In this document: piece after piece, positions 49,164 to 59,060 of the stretch | How positions within the stretch are numbered: the stretch's first letter is position 1 | Layout: each line of letters opens with the position of its first letter | Sequence record: PZ540767.1 | Strand: one strand, 5' to 3' | Origin: a phage | DNA length: 64,000 nucleotides | The notes under the pieces: model-generated | Told to the model about the DNA's origin: nothing | The model's database searches: none | What the model saw: the letters and a program-made list of their open reading frames with translations, nothing else | Translations under genes and position numbers: made by a program

Positions 49164-51780
49164 GTGATGCCTCTTTTTGTTTTAGCTTATCCAGTGCTTT
49201 AGCCACAAAGGGCTTTATATCATCTTCTGCGAGGTTGTTAGGCAGAGTGATAGCATTGGCCCAGTTGGGATAATACAAGTCCAGTTCAGCTGGCAGAGGG
49301 ATTCGTGGATCAGCAATTTCAGGTAAACCTTTCCATGCCATACACTCGATCAAGTTGTCATTAACAAACTTGATTACCCTTACGTTGTTACGCATCAGCA
49401 CATAGATAGCATCATGAATCAGAGCCACAGGCAGAATGTCATAACGAAACTCTGAAGCCCACACACGCTCCATGAACTCATTAGCAGCACGGTTGGTTAA
49501 CAGACCATAAGACTGACCTGAGATAGCATTGCCTAATGTACGTCCCTCAGCTTCAGCTTCACGTAGCGTCTTGGTGGTATCCAGGATCGAACGTGCAAGG
49601 AGCGGGGTACGAATACGCAGCCCAAAGGCAGCAGTGGCATAGCCGTCATTACAGGCTTGTCTGATGCGTTCTTTAACCCATTCACCCGATACAGCATAGA
49701 GTGCATGGAAACTGGCTTCAGTTTCTTTGGCTTCCTCTTCAGAGAAACCACAGTTCTTAACCAGGGTAATCCAGGTGCCTTGATACTGAAGTGCAAAGCT
49801 TGGTGCTTTAGACTTATTACGTAGCGGGTAGTATGGGTGATCCTTTTCAGCTATCTGGTTTACAGAAGCTGGATCATTAATGTCGATATCCGGCATTAAC
49901 TTGGCACCCCAATAGCCCACAGCACGTAACGAGTGACCGTCGAAGCCATCCGTGAACACTTTGACCTTGTTAGGATCTTGTGTTAACAGTGCATTGATAC
50001 GATCTTCCAGAGCATTAAAGTCTGCTCCACCGAATACCCAACCATCGGGTGCAGCAAAGCATTTCTTGATGAGTTTACCGAAGGTACTCCCAGAAGGTAG
50101 CTGCTGTAGGTTTGGATCCGATGAGCTTAATCGCCCTGATACTGTACCACCCAGGTTGAAGTTACCATGAAGGTAAGATCTTCCATTACCTTTGTTGAAG
50201 GCATTTTTAAAGGTGGGTATAAAACTGGTGAGGATCTTCTCACCGTCTCCAAACTCACGAAGAGTTTTGAGTACTATCTTTCCACTTTCAGTAGCATGGT
50301 TTTCCAGCTTCTTAAGTGTTGCACCAGCCGTAGATGGCTGCTTGGTTTTGGTTCTGTCCAGCACAGGAAGTTTCATCACTTCATAAAGTAAAGTGATCAG
50401 ATGGTTGCCACTATTAGGGTTAAACTTAAGGTGACTGAAAGCACTGAGAGGGTACTGTTTAGTCTTCAGAGTGGCATTCTTAGCTTCCATTGCTCTGGTT
50501 TGAATAAGCAATTCTGCTTTCTGAACCAGGGGGTGTGCATACAAAGTTTTAAGACTTCGATCATGCAATTCCTGTAATTGCTTCTCTGCCTTATCCACCA
50601 TAGCGGGGATCATAGGCATACCAGTAAGTTCAATCTGGGTGATTGTCTTCTGGCTTGGCATCATCAGGTATTTATACAGCTCAAGCTGCATATCACGAAC
50701 CATAACAGGGTAATACTTGTTATAGACGTACCAGGTAGACATGGTATCGATGATGTTATAGCGGAGCAGTTCAGGCAGGGGGATCACCAGGATATTGGTA
50801 ATATCAGACATAGCCCAGTTACCTGCAAATTCATGAGCAAGCTGTTTCAAGCTCAGTTCATTTTTTGCAGTATTGTTCAGTGCGAGATAAGCAATGATGC
50901 GAGTATCATCACAATCTCGATAGAGACAATCCAGGCCACGCAGTAAACCTTCATTATCCAGGGGATCTTTCATCCAGAGGTTATAGATCAGGACTTTGGT
51001 ATCAAAGTTAGCCCTGTGGAATTTCAGGTTACCCTTATATTCCTCAAAGAACTTACGCAGCTTAATACGAAAGCCTTCGTTAAACCAACGGTAGTTTTCC
51101 CCTTCACTTACTGCAAGGTCACAGGTAAATGCTATACCGCCTGTATTATCAGGGCTGAAAGCAATAGTACCAATGCCAGCAGTAAAGATATCAAGACTGA
51201 AAGTTTCGATATCACAGGTCAGCTTAGGGTAAGACATTAACTTGGCAAATGCCTCGTCAATTTCCTTTTCAGTCTGGGGATACAAAGCCCATTTCAGGAT
51301 ATCAGCACCCAAAGCTTTATAGCTGTTGGTTACCTTACCTGCTAAGGCTTGCACAGACATTTCCAGTTTATCTGCCTGGTTTGGGTTATAGAGTAGAGCC
51401 TGATAGTTAATACCTACCAGTATTTCAATATCCTCGTACCCCGGTATTGAACAGGGAGTGCCATAACCGATCATTGCATCGATCTTGGCATTCTTAACCA
51501 GACACTTAAAGTAAGTGGAGTCAGCACAGTAAATGTACTTAACACCCATCTTCTTAAGCTGAGGGAGAATTTTAGCCAGATAATCCTTACAGAACTTGGC
51601 TGGAGCTTTACCATTGGATTCATACTCTAGCGAAAACGCCAGAATGTTCTCTTTGGCATAGCCAGCTTCGACTAAAGGATTAACGTAGTGACGCTCAATC
51701 TGATCCTGATAGAAAGCAGACTCTTTGATGAGTATTGCTGTCTCGAATTCAGGTTTATGAGCGAACATGATATGACGCAT
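49156..51780 (-). CDS. DNA polymerase, family A
   Basis: 874 aa; exonuclease-like CDIETFSLD near N-terminal half; polymerase-type FGGADFNALEDR, KAPSFALQYQG and HDAIY in C-terminal half. Confidence 0.85.
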   Translation of the reverse strand: MRHIMFAHKPEFETAILIKESAFYQDQIERHYVNPLVEAGYAKENILAFSLEYESNGKAPAKFCKDYLAKILPQLKKMGVKYIYCADSTYFKCLVKNAKIDAMIGYGTPCSIPGYEDIEILVGINYQALLYNPNQADKLEMSVQALAGKVTNSYKALGADILKWALYPQTEKEIDEAFAKLMSYPKLTCDIETFSLDIFTAGIGTIAFSPDNTGGIAFTCDLAVSEGENYRWFNEGFRIKLRKFFEEYKGNLKFHRANFDTKVLIYNLWMKDPLDNEGLLRGLDCLYRDCDDTRIIAYLALNNTAKNELSLKQLAHEFAGNWAMSDITNILVIPLPELLRYNIIDTMSTWYVYNKYYPVMVRDMQLELYKYLMMPSQKTITQIELTGMPMIPAMVDKAEKQLQELHDRSLKTLYAHPLVQKAELLIQTRAMEAKNATLKTKQYPLSAFSHLKFNPNSGNHLITLLYEVMKLPVLDRTKTKQPSTAGATLKKLENHATESGKIVLKTLREFGDGEKILTSFIPTFKNAFNKGNGRSYLHGNFNLGGTVSGRLSSSDPNLQQLPSGSTFGKLIKKCFAAPDGWVFGGADFNALEDRINALLTQDPNKVKVFTDGFDGHSLRAVGYWGAKLMPDIDINDPASVNQIAEKDHPYYPLRNKSKAPSFALQYQGTWITLVKNCGFSEEEAKETEASFHALYAVSGEWVKERIRQACNDGYATAAFGLRIRTPLLARSILDTTKTLREAEAEGRTLGNAISGQSYGLLTNRAANEFMERVWASEFRYDILPVALIHDAIYVLMRNNVRVIKFVNDNLIECMAWKGLPEIADPRIPLPAELDLYYPNWANAITLPNNLAEDDIKPFVAKALDKLKQKEASHA

Positions 51781-51803
51781 AGCCTACCTCTCTAGTGGCA
51801 TAC

Positions 51804-51827
51804 GAAAGAAAAGGGGCCGAAGCCCCT
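51804..51827 (-). terminator. rho-independent terminator
   Basis: AGGGGC-CGAA-GCCCCT hairpin with T-tract on the minus strand. Confidence 0.55.
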
Positions 51828-51832
51828 CGGTA

Positions 51833-53710
51833 CTACTTAAGCCAGGTTTTCAGTTCATCACTGACTTTCGGATCAAGTCCGAATGCTTTTGGCCCTTTCT
51901 TACGAGAGGACATGAAGAACTGGAGTTCCCCTGCTGCATCTTTGGTGTCAGCACGGTTACCTTTGGCTTTAGTCTCTTTGAAGACACGATACAGCTCTTG
52001 TGCCTGCTCTTTGACTGTCATAGCCTTACCTTCTGGTTTAGCTGGAGATTCAGCTTTTGTTTCAGGAGTAGTGACTTTGATATCACTGGCTTCACGAATG
52101 GACAGGATCAGCTCTGCATCTTCATCAGAGATGCCCAGTTTAGCCCAGCCTTTCTTAGCTTTCTGTTTGGCAGAGATTAATTCCTCTGCAAACTTCTGGG
52201 CAGTAGCCAGATCTTCAGCCAGATAAGCAGCTTCAAATTGCTCCCAAAGGAGGTCAATTTTAGTCTTCTTGATTTCAGGGGCAATAACTGGGGCAGGTTC
52301 TTTCAGATCAGCAGCCAACACTGGCGATACTTTTTCAGTAGGTGCTGCTTCTGACAGATCAGATTGTTCCAGTGTTTCCTTAACCAGATCTACTTTTACT
52401 TCTTCAGCTTTTGCTGTTTCAGTATTTTCGACCTTGGTATAGGTTACATTGCTGCCATTGTGACCACCCACTTCAACCAGTTCAGTAATGCCCACATGAG
52501 CACCACGCAGAACTTTGTTCAGCAGCTCTTTACCCTCTGGGATAGAAGAAATAGAGCCACCACTGTTAACGTGGTTACGCAGCGATTCAGGCAGTACAGC
52601 AAGGATGTGGTAACCACATACACGCATTTTAGTGCGGCTGTATTCTGGTACAGCAAAGACGTCTTCAGGACGTACTTTAGCCATCACAGTGACGTTACCA
52701 GGGAAGCTGCTGAGATAGCCCAGGGAAGCTACATGGAGGCCATTAGAGCAGTCCTGACGGCGGTTAGGATCTACCAGACCTGGTTTCATGAAGACATAGG
52801 AACCCACATTCTGTTTGATGTTCCCGGAATGAACATCCACGAAAGTTCCATGCTTCTCTTTGAGACGTTTGTAGATAACGATACAGCCGTCATCTGCAAT
52901 AGGAAGATCACCATGTTCGATGAACTTCATCAGGTCTTCAGCAGAGTGACCACGATCTTTCAGAACAGGTTCCAGACGGTTCAGGAAGTTTACGAAGCCA
53001 CGGAAATCCTTCAGCTTACTTGCTGCTTTCATCTGAGATGATAGCTTGTGAGCATGAGGAATCACACTACCTGTCTTGGTGTTGACTGCCACAATGGTAT
53101 CAGGATCTTCATCCGTGATAGGTTTGTGGAAATCAGGATCATCAACAGTACTACCTTTGCCTGCAAGCTCGCGCATACGGGCTGTAGCCAGATCGATTTT
53201 CTGATCATTGGTGAGTTCTGCTGGTTTGGTTACCTCATTTGCAGGGGCTTCAACTACTTCTTTCAATGCTTCTAGGGCTTCTTCTGCTTCTACTGCCGCA
53301 GATGGAGCTTCCAAAGCATAAGTGAGGTCATCAGCTTCCTCTACATCCAGAATGGTCTGGCCTGGCTTGATACCCAGTTCCAGTGGCGAGATGTGAGCAA
53401 CACTCTCATCCACCTTTTCAGGGGATTCAGTGTCGATGAACTTTTTGACGAAACTTTTGGCAACACGGAAGAACTTGATAAGTCCCCCAGTGCCTTCTTC
53501 AGTTTCTTTGAACTCATTGCGTACCTTGATAGGTTCTGCAATGTCTACAACCGCAGAGCCATCCACAGGGATGTACTTTTTGGCTGTTTCGACGATGTTC
53601 GGCAAACGAGGATCACCCTGTGCAATGGTCACAGTACTGCCATCCTCTAAATAGAGGACAGCATTCTGAGCATCGACAGAGATTCCTACGATGGTCACTA
53701 GTTTTTTCAT
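51833..53710 (-). CDS. rIIB: rIIB-like protein
   Basis: 625 aa; start overlaps stop of rIIA-like gene (ATGA); assignment by position and pairing, no diagnostic motif recognised. Confidence 0.45.
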   Translation of the reverse strand: MKKLVTIVGISVDAQNAVLYLEDGSTVTIAQGDPRLPNIVETAKKYIPVDGSAVVDIAEPIKVRNEFKETEEGTGGLIKFFRVAKSFVKKFIDTESPEKVDESVAHISPLELGIKPGQTILDVEEADDLTYALEAPSAAVEAEEALEALKEVVEAPANEVTKPAELTNDQKIDLATARMRELAGKGSTVDDPDFHKPITDEDPDTIVAVNTKTGSVIPHAHKLSSQMKAASKLKDFRGFVNFLNRLEPVLKDRGHSAEDLMKFIEHGDLPIADDGCIVIYKRLKEKHGTFVDVHSGNIKQNVGSYVFMKPGLVDPNRRQDCSNGLHVASLGYLSSFPGNVTVMAKVRPEDVFAVPEYSRTKMRVCGYHILAVLPESLRNHVNSGGSISSIPEGKELLNKVLRGAHVGITELVEVGGHNGSNVTYTKVENTETAKAEEVKVDLVKETLEQSDLSEAAPTEKVSPVLAADLKEPAPVIAPEIKKTKIDLLWEQFEAAYLAEDLATAQKFAEELISAKQKAKKGWAKLGISDEDAELILSIREASDIKVTTPETKAESPAKPEGKAMTVKEQAQELYRVFKETKAKGNRADTKDAAGELQFFMSSRKKGPKAFGLDPKVSDELKTWLK

Positions 53711-56184
53711 GGTTTAGTTCCGTTTTTGAGTGCACTTAAAACGATGGTTTTCAGAGCAGAAGCTCGCTCTGGGTATTGAATGAGCCACTGAAGGACACTT
53801 CCGTCACCATGCCCAAGGGCACGTAACATAGGGTCTTTACGCAGCACTTTCAATTTCTTGATAAAGGGTAACTCTTCCAGCCTACCCCGCATGATGGTTT
53901 GGATAGGATCCCAGTTTTCATCTGCGTTGAGTTTCTCATACTCTTCTGGAGTATAAGCATAGACAGCCACCACAGACGGAGTAAGAGTGAGAATACGCTC
54001 AAAGTAAGGATCATACCGTAGTTTCTCTAAACCAGGCAGTTTAATGCCGAGTTTAGTACACAGCTTGATATCCTGAGATGAGATACGATGCTGAGTAGCC
54101 AAGGCTTTCTGGCGTTCTTTGGTAACATACTTTGCAAATGCTTTACTCAATACCACTTGTTTAACACGCGGTATAAAATAGGCATCTACATCGATAGCAC
54201 CACGGTTCTCAGCCATACGGCGTTCGATACCATTACGAACAACTACCCCATCAAACAAGTCCTCTGGTGTAGCATCCTTCAGATGAATAAAGCTTCCCAG
54301 CATACCCCCATGGATATCATCAATAGAGATGAAATACTTAGGGTTTTGGTTCACCTGGGTTGGCTCTTTACAGGCAGTAATTTCACCTTTAAGTTTCCAG
54401 TTACCGTTTTTCAGATAAGCAGAGACAGTACCCAGATTATTGCCTGGTTTTTCAGCTTTAATCTTGGCTTTTTTCTCACGCTTTTCCTTTGCTTCAAGGA
54501 TTTCTTGATAGGCAGGATCCCATTCTACACCTGGGGTTAGATCCACTACAGTAAACCCAAGCTTTTCCAGTTTTGCTGTGACAGCAGCAATCTCAGGAGC
54601 TTTAGCTCGTGGATCCACTTTCAGTGCCCATGCAGCATTGGAAGTTCCCTGAACATAACCCTTATATGCTGACTTACTCGCAGCAATACCTTTCAAACGG
54701 GAAGTAAGAAACACTACCTGGTTTTCAAGGTAAGTTACGATTTGAGTTCCTGAGAATGGAATACGACGCATAAAGCCATCGCTATAGACATTACGGCCCC
54801 ACCAGGTATTTTCCTGGGTACTAAAGCGTAAACTCTTAACCGAGATAAAATCAGCCCCAGCAATACCTCGCATAATACGTTTGATAGTATGTTTGCGAAG
54901 GAATGCATAGATAGCTTCACGGGTTCTGTGAGTGCCATATGTGGTAGCTTTACGTAAATCCCACAGAGCCTGGTTAGCATATAGCCATTCTGGATTAGTA
55001 AACTGGTATAACTTTTTGAAGCCAACATGTTCGGCTTCTTTGAGTTCTTTCCAGTACTTCATACGAATAGAGGATCCCAGGTTACTACCAAGATAGCGTT
55101 TAACTACGTTAGGTTGGATTTCCTCCAGAATGTTGGCAGTACTGCCAATAGCAGGTTGTCCCTTATAAAACTTACCTTCACGCATACGCTTGCAAGTAGC
55201 AGCAATAGAAGAAGGAATCTGAGCAATGATATCCTTTTCCATGGTTGCAACTAATTGCACACAGAGATCGGTAAGACCATCTTCAGTCAGTTTCTGACTG
55301 GAGAGGGCTTCACGAGCTGGGGTTAATGCCAGAGTATCAGGGGCTGCTTGAACCAGCAGACGTTGAATACCAACGATCTCCATAAACTCTGAGAGCATTC
55401 CAGTGGCTTTGCTGGTGGCTTCTGTAAACAGCATTGGGTAGATGACAGCACCATAACGCACAAAGATTCTGTGGTTACCCATGTACTTGTTGTACCAGAC
55501 TTCATCATCTGTATTCCATGAACCAGGCTCCTGGGACATACCCAGTTTAGCCATAGGCTCAAATTCGCCACCCATCCAACTGAGTTCTGCATTCATTTCA
55601 CCATGCATAACCAGATACTTCAGGTAGGTATGAGCTGTCTGGGCCTGATCCAGGGTTAAACGAAAGCTGACAGTTAAACCAGAGCGGGTAGTAGGGACGC
55701 TAACCATAGGTGTAATACCTGGTTTGCCCCGGTTCTCTACTACTGAACGAGCCATGTTATAGACTGTCTTCGTTCCGTTGTGCTCAGAAGTCACACGGAA
55801 GGCATCCACAAGTGCCCATGGAGCTTTACTACCCAAACCAAAGCCACCGGTAGTCTTACTGTCGTTACGCTTGGTGGAAGCACCATAGGTGCCATAGATT
55901 TGGGCGATCTTCTCCGGGGGAATACCCAGACCGTTATCCTGAATGATCAGTTCACCATCAGTGGTGATGGAGATCTTCAGGGGTTGATCGGTAGTACCAG
56001 CTTCGATATTAGCATCCCATGCATTACACAGTGGCTCACGAATAGCTGCCAGCAGCTGGTTTGAATACAGGTTAGATGACAGCATCATCAGAAATGCAGC
56101 ATCCTCTACCATAGATACAGCGAGAGTTTCCCCAGCACCCAGAGAGGCAGAGGTCGATTTGTTTTGCATATCCGCAACTTGCAT
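53707..56184 (-). CDS. rIIA: rIIA-like protein with GHKL (histidine kinase-like) ATPase domain
   Basis: 825 aa; N-terminal EPLCNAWDA (N box), DNGLGI (G1) and GGFGLGSKA (G2) ATP-binding motifs; GAGGA RBS. Confidence 0.7.
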   Translation of the reverse strand: MQVADMQNKSTSASLGAGETLAVSMVEDAAFLMMLSSNLYSNQLLAAIREPLCNAWDANIEAGTTDQPLKISITTDGELIIQDNGLGIPPEKIAQIYGTYGASTKRNDSKTTGGFGLGSKAPWALVDAFRVTSEHNGTKTVYNMARSVVENRGKPGITPMVSVPTTRSGLTVSFRLTLDQAQTAHTYLKYLVMHGEMNAELSWMGGEFEPMAKLGMSQEPGSWNTDDEVWYNKYMGNHRIFVRYGAVIYPMLFTEATSKATGMLSEFMEIVGIQRLLVQAAPDTLALTPAREALSSQKLTEDGLTDLCVQLVATMEKDIIAQIPSSIAATCKRMREGKFYKGQPAIGSTANILEEIQPNVVKRYLGSNLGSSIRMKYWKELKEAEHVGFKKLYQFTNPEWLYANQALWDLRKATTYGTHRTREAIYAFLRKHTIKRIMRGIAGADFISVKSLRFSTQENTWWGRNVYSDGFMRRIPFSGTQIVTYLENQVVFLTSRLKGIAASKSAYKGYVQGTSNAAWALKVDPRAKAPEIAAVTAKLEKLGFTVVDLTPGVEWDPAYQEILEAKEKREKKAKIKAEKPGNNLGTVSAYLKNGNWKLKGEITACKEPTQVNQNPKYFISIDDIHGGMLGSFIHLKDATPEDLFDGVVVRNGIERRMAENRGAIDVDAYFIPRVKQVVLSKAFAKYVTKERQKALATQHRISSQDIKLCTKLGIKLPGLEKLRYDPYFERILTLTPSVVAVYAYTPEEYEKLNADENWDPIQTIMRGRLEELPFIKKLKVLRKDPMLRALGHGDGSVLQWLIQYPERASALKTIVLSALKNGTKP

Positions 56185-56223
56185 TTGAATATCCTCAAGT
56201 AAGATTTACTAAGACTTTTAATA

Positions 56224-56248
56224 AGAAAAAGCCAGAATAAATCTGGCT
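56224..56248 (-). terminator. rho-independent terminator
   Basis: AGCCAGA-ATAAA-TCTGGCT hairpin with T-tract on the minus strand. Confidence 0.5.
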
Positions 56249-56390
56249 TATTTGTTAGGCAGCTTGATTTAAGGCTTCAATACCTTGTGGTGTGAGGTGC
56301 CAGCCATACATCTGATTAAACTTGATAAGGCCAGCTTTAGCTAAAGCAGTCCCTGTACGGTTTTTATTAGAACGAGGGGCAGTACCAGAC

Positions 56391-56759
56391 TTAGCCATCT
56401 TGAGGAAGACGACTTGTTGCTTCGAGAGCGGCATTTCTTTTCCTTTCAAAACGTAGGTTTTTGAGTCCTCCCGGATAGCTATCAGCTATACGTCTGGCAA
56501 GACGATGGGAGATATTAAAGTGAGCTTCGGCCTGTTCCAGCGTGTGATCAAAGAGATAATCCAGGATTTTAATTCTGGTTTCATCTCTGATCTCTTTACG
56601 CAATTCAGAAAGTCCAAGCACCCTGATTGCAGAGTCTATTGAGTTAATAGATCTCCCCAAACAGACAGCAAGTCTTTTAATGGGCATACCTCGTAGGTAG
56701 TTATCAATCAGGAAGCTTTTTTCTTCTTTAGTCCATGGCCTCCTAATTGATGAGGCCAT
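56391..56759 (-). CDS. putative DNA-binding regulator (helix-turn-helix)
   Basis: 122 aa; WTKEEKSFLIDNYLRGMPIKRLAVCLGRSINSIDSAI resembles an HTH module; 3-prime end overlaps the uncertain ORF 56255..56449. Confidence 0.4.
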   Translation of the reverse strand: MASSIRRPWTKEEKSFLIDNYLRGMPIKRLAVCLGRSINSIDSAIRVLGLSELRKEIRDETRIKILDYLFDHTLEQAEAHFNISHRLARRIADSYPGGLKNLRFERKRNAALEATSRLPQDG

Positions 56760-57124
56760 TAGTCAGGCTCTTTAGGCAACTTGCTTGCCATAGCTTGCAG
56801 GGTGAATACAGCCATATCAGATGCCTGATCATCGCTGATTTCAGCTAAATCAAAGTCCCAGGATTCATCCCACTCTTCAGCGATTCGTTGAACTTCACCT
56901 AGACCGGCATTCACCATGTCTTTGGTAGGCTCTATCCAGAGCTTTTCCAACTGTTCAATACGATCCAGCAAGACTGTGATCATTGCTGGTGAAGTGAGTT
57001 CACGCCATTGACTGATAGCTGTAACACGCTCATCCAGTTTCATGGTTTGAGTACTCAATGCCTGTTCAGCTACTGGAAGCAGCTTACGAAGGTCATGCAT
57101 AACATCTTTGACTACTGGTTTCAT
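56759..57124 (-). CDS. hypothetical protein (121 aa)
   Basis: Acidic helical protein; translationally coupled to both neighbours. Confidence 0.45.
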   Translation of the reverse strand: MKPVVKDVMHDLRKLLPVAEQALSTQTMKLDERVTAISQWRELTSPAMITVLLDRIEQLEKLWIEPTKDMVNAGLGEVQRIAEEWDESWDFDLAEISDDQASDMAVFTLQAMASKLPKEPD

Positions 57125-57642
57125 ATGATTGATCCTTTGTTAACCCCAATGCTTTCCATCGTTTTACGACGTTTAAACATTGAGATTGCTTTTGCATGTT
57201 CTTTACGGAATTCTACGATTTGCTCTGAAGATACCGAAGTGGGTTCATCATGAGCTTTTAATCCTATTGACCTGATAGTTTCATGCATAGCTTCAGGCAG
57301 AAGGACAAAAAAGTCAGATAGACTGCCACTATTAGCTACGAGATCCCTCAGAAGGTATTCGTAGTAATTACCCTCAAGTTCTTCCATTTGACGTAACTGG
57401 TCATACCGTTCGTCAAAGGCTTCACATAATGAAGGGTGTAGTTGAACTACAGGGGCATCCTCTATTACGTAAGTTGGGTGATGCTCCCCATTTCTGGTGA
57501 AATACTTAGAACCTGTTAAAGCTGTGTGTTTAGGCACTATCTCTTCGAACACCCAAACTTTAAAGTCTGTTTTGGCTTTATCAAACATAGCCTGTTTGAA
57601 ACACCGACAAAAAAGATCCATTTCAGTGGTCTTAATTATCAT
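57121..57642 (-). CDS. hypothetical protein (about 173 aa)
   Basis: ATG at 57642 overlaps helicase stop (ATGA); ORF-track start at 57729 would overlap the helicase. Confidence 0.45.
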   Translation of the reverse strand: MIIKTTEMDLFCRCFKQAMFDKAKTDFKVWVFEEIVPKHTALTGSKYFTRNGEHHPTYVIEDAPVVQLHPSLCEAFDERYDQLRQMEELEGNYYEYLLRDLVANSGSLSDFFVLLPEAMHETIRSIGLKAHDEPTSVSSEQIVEFRKEHAKAISMFKRRKTMESIGVNKGSII

Positions 57643-59036
57643 GGTATATCCCCCGTAAGTACTACCTGCAAACGAGCACGAGAAATAGCTACGTAGAGCA
57701 GGCGACGAAGCTGATCGATATCCCGGCAACGATTGAGGTCACCCAAGTCCACATAGACACGACGGAAGGTGGAACCTTGTGCTTTATGGATAGTGCATCC
57801 GAACACTGGACGTAGATCGATCCAGGTACTTTTAACCTTATCCAAGGCATTTTTGATTGCGGTGAACTCTTCTGGGTTTTCTGCGAAAACCATTCCCTGA
57901 AGCTTCTTGGAGTAACGTCTTAACAGCTTATCTTTGGCCTTTTTATCATTAGGCATAAAATAAGCTTGAACTTTCTCACCTGATTTAAAATCCTTTGAAC
58001 CTTTACGGTTACGGTCGGTATAAACCCAGTGCCCTTCTTCCCCCAACTGTTTACCTCGTTCTAAACCAGTAAGGTAAACGAGACGGTCTGTGCCAATAGC
58101 AGGTAGGACATTCTTAATGCCCCCTACATAGCTGTTACAGATCGCATAGTCACCTTCTCTGAGCGTCTGAGAGCCAGTAACCTGAGAATAAATCTTATGG
58201 TTTACTTCGTTCACACGCTTGTTGGTAAAGGCCAGGAATTTGCTGGTGGAGTATTCCCATTCATCACGGGACATATCCCTGATCATCCCTGCTTCGAACT
58301 TACTACGTTCTACCCAGATGATGTTCTTACCGTCCACATTACATGGAGGAGTAGGGCCACCTTCAAGCACCCATTGACGAAGACGCTTAGATAACGCCTG
58401 TACAGGGTTATCGTCAGACTGTCTCATGATCTGGGTTAACTCGACCATGGGGAAGCGTCCTTCTTCGAATACAGGCAAGTCACCTTCAGCAGTCTTACAT
58501 TGGGCTTTGTCACCCATGAAGATTACTTTGGTGCCTTTACCCAGCTTCATATAGATATGCTCTAACAAGGTCATATCGATGTAGCTGGCTTCATCAACAA
58601 AGACGAAGGTATTCCACAGCAATTCATCTGGTTTATGGGATACGAGAACATCCTTATAAGTCTTAGGATCTTCTTCCATACCCAACCGAAGCAAGCTATG
58701 GATCGTCTTTGCAGTACAACCCATAGCATGTTCGAAGGCTTCAGCAGCCTTATTGGTGGTAGCTGTGAATTCGACGCGGGGATTACGCTGTACTTTAATC
58801 CCCAGTGCTTCCATCGTCTTTTGTACTTTTTCCAGATGTTCAAGCACATACTTAATGACGGTGGTTTTCCCTGTACCAGCAGCACCAGATAAGACCATTA
58901 CCTGATTACTGTTGAATATCATGGGATCTTCATCCCCCTTAAAGCGGGGGACATAGATATCATGAGGTTGATGTTTGTTAAGCAGAAAGTCCGTGATGAA
59001 CTCACAGGCTTTCTGTTGACCTTGGGATAGCTGCAT
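57639..59036 (-). CDS. Dda/RecD-like superfamily 1 DNA helicase
   Basis: 465 aa; Walker A SGAAGTGKTT, C-terminal CTIHKAQGSTF motif typical of RecD/Dda-type helicases; AGGAG RBS. Confidence 0.8.
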   Translation of the reverse strand: MQLSQGQQKACEFITDFLLNKHQPHDIYVPRFKGDEDPMIFNSNQVMVLSGAAGTGKTTVIKYVLEHLEKVQKTMEALGIKVQRNPRVEFTATTNKAAEAFEHAMGCTAKTIHSLLRLGMEEDPKTYKDVLVSHKPDELLWNTFVFVDEASYIDMTLLEHIYMKLGKGTKVIFMGDKAQCKTAEGDLPVFEEGRFPMVELTQIMRQSDDNPVQALSKRLRQWVLEGGPTPPCNVDGKNIIWVERSKFEAGMIRDMSRDEWEYSTSKFLAFTNKRVNEVNHKIYSQVTGSQTLREGDYAICNSYVGGIKNVLPAIGTDRLVYLTGLERGKQLGEEGHWVYTDRNRKGSKDFKSGEKVQAYFMPNDKKAKDKLLRRYSKKLQGMVFAENPEEFTAIKNALDKVKSTWIDLRPVFGCTIHKAQGSTFRRVYVDLGDLNRCRDIDQLRRLLYVAISRARLQVVLTGDIP

Positions 59037-59060
59037 AAATGCTCCTGGTTAAGGGGGCTT

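Noticed and set aside
52364-53275. Plus-strand ORFs 52364..53041 and 53048..53275 antisense to the rIIB-like gene
   Set aside because: They lie entirely within a long minus-strand ORF that is translationally coupled to rIIA; no RBS found.
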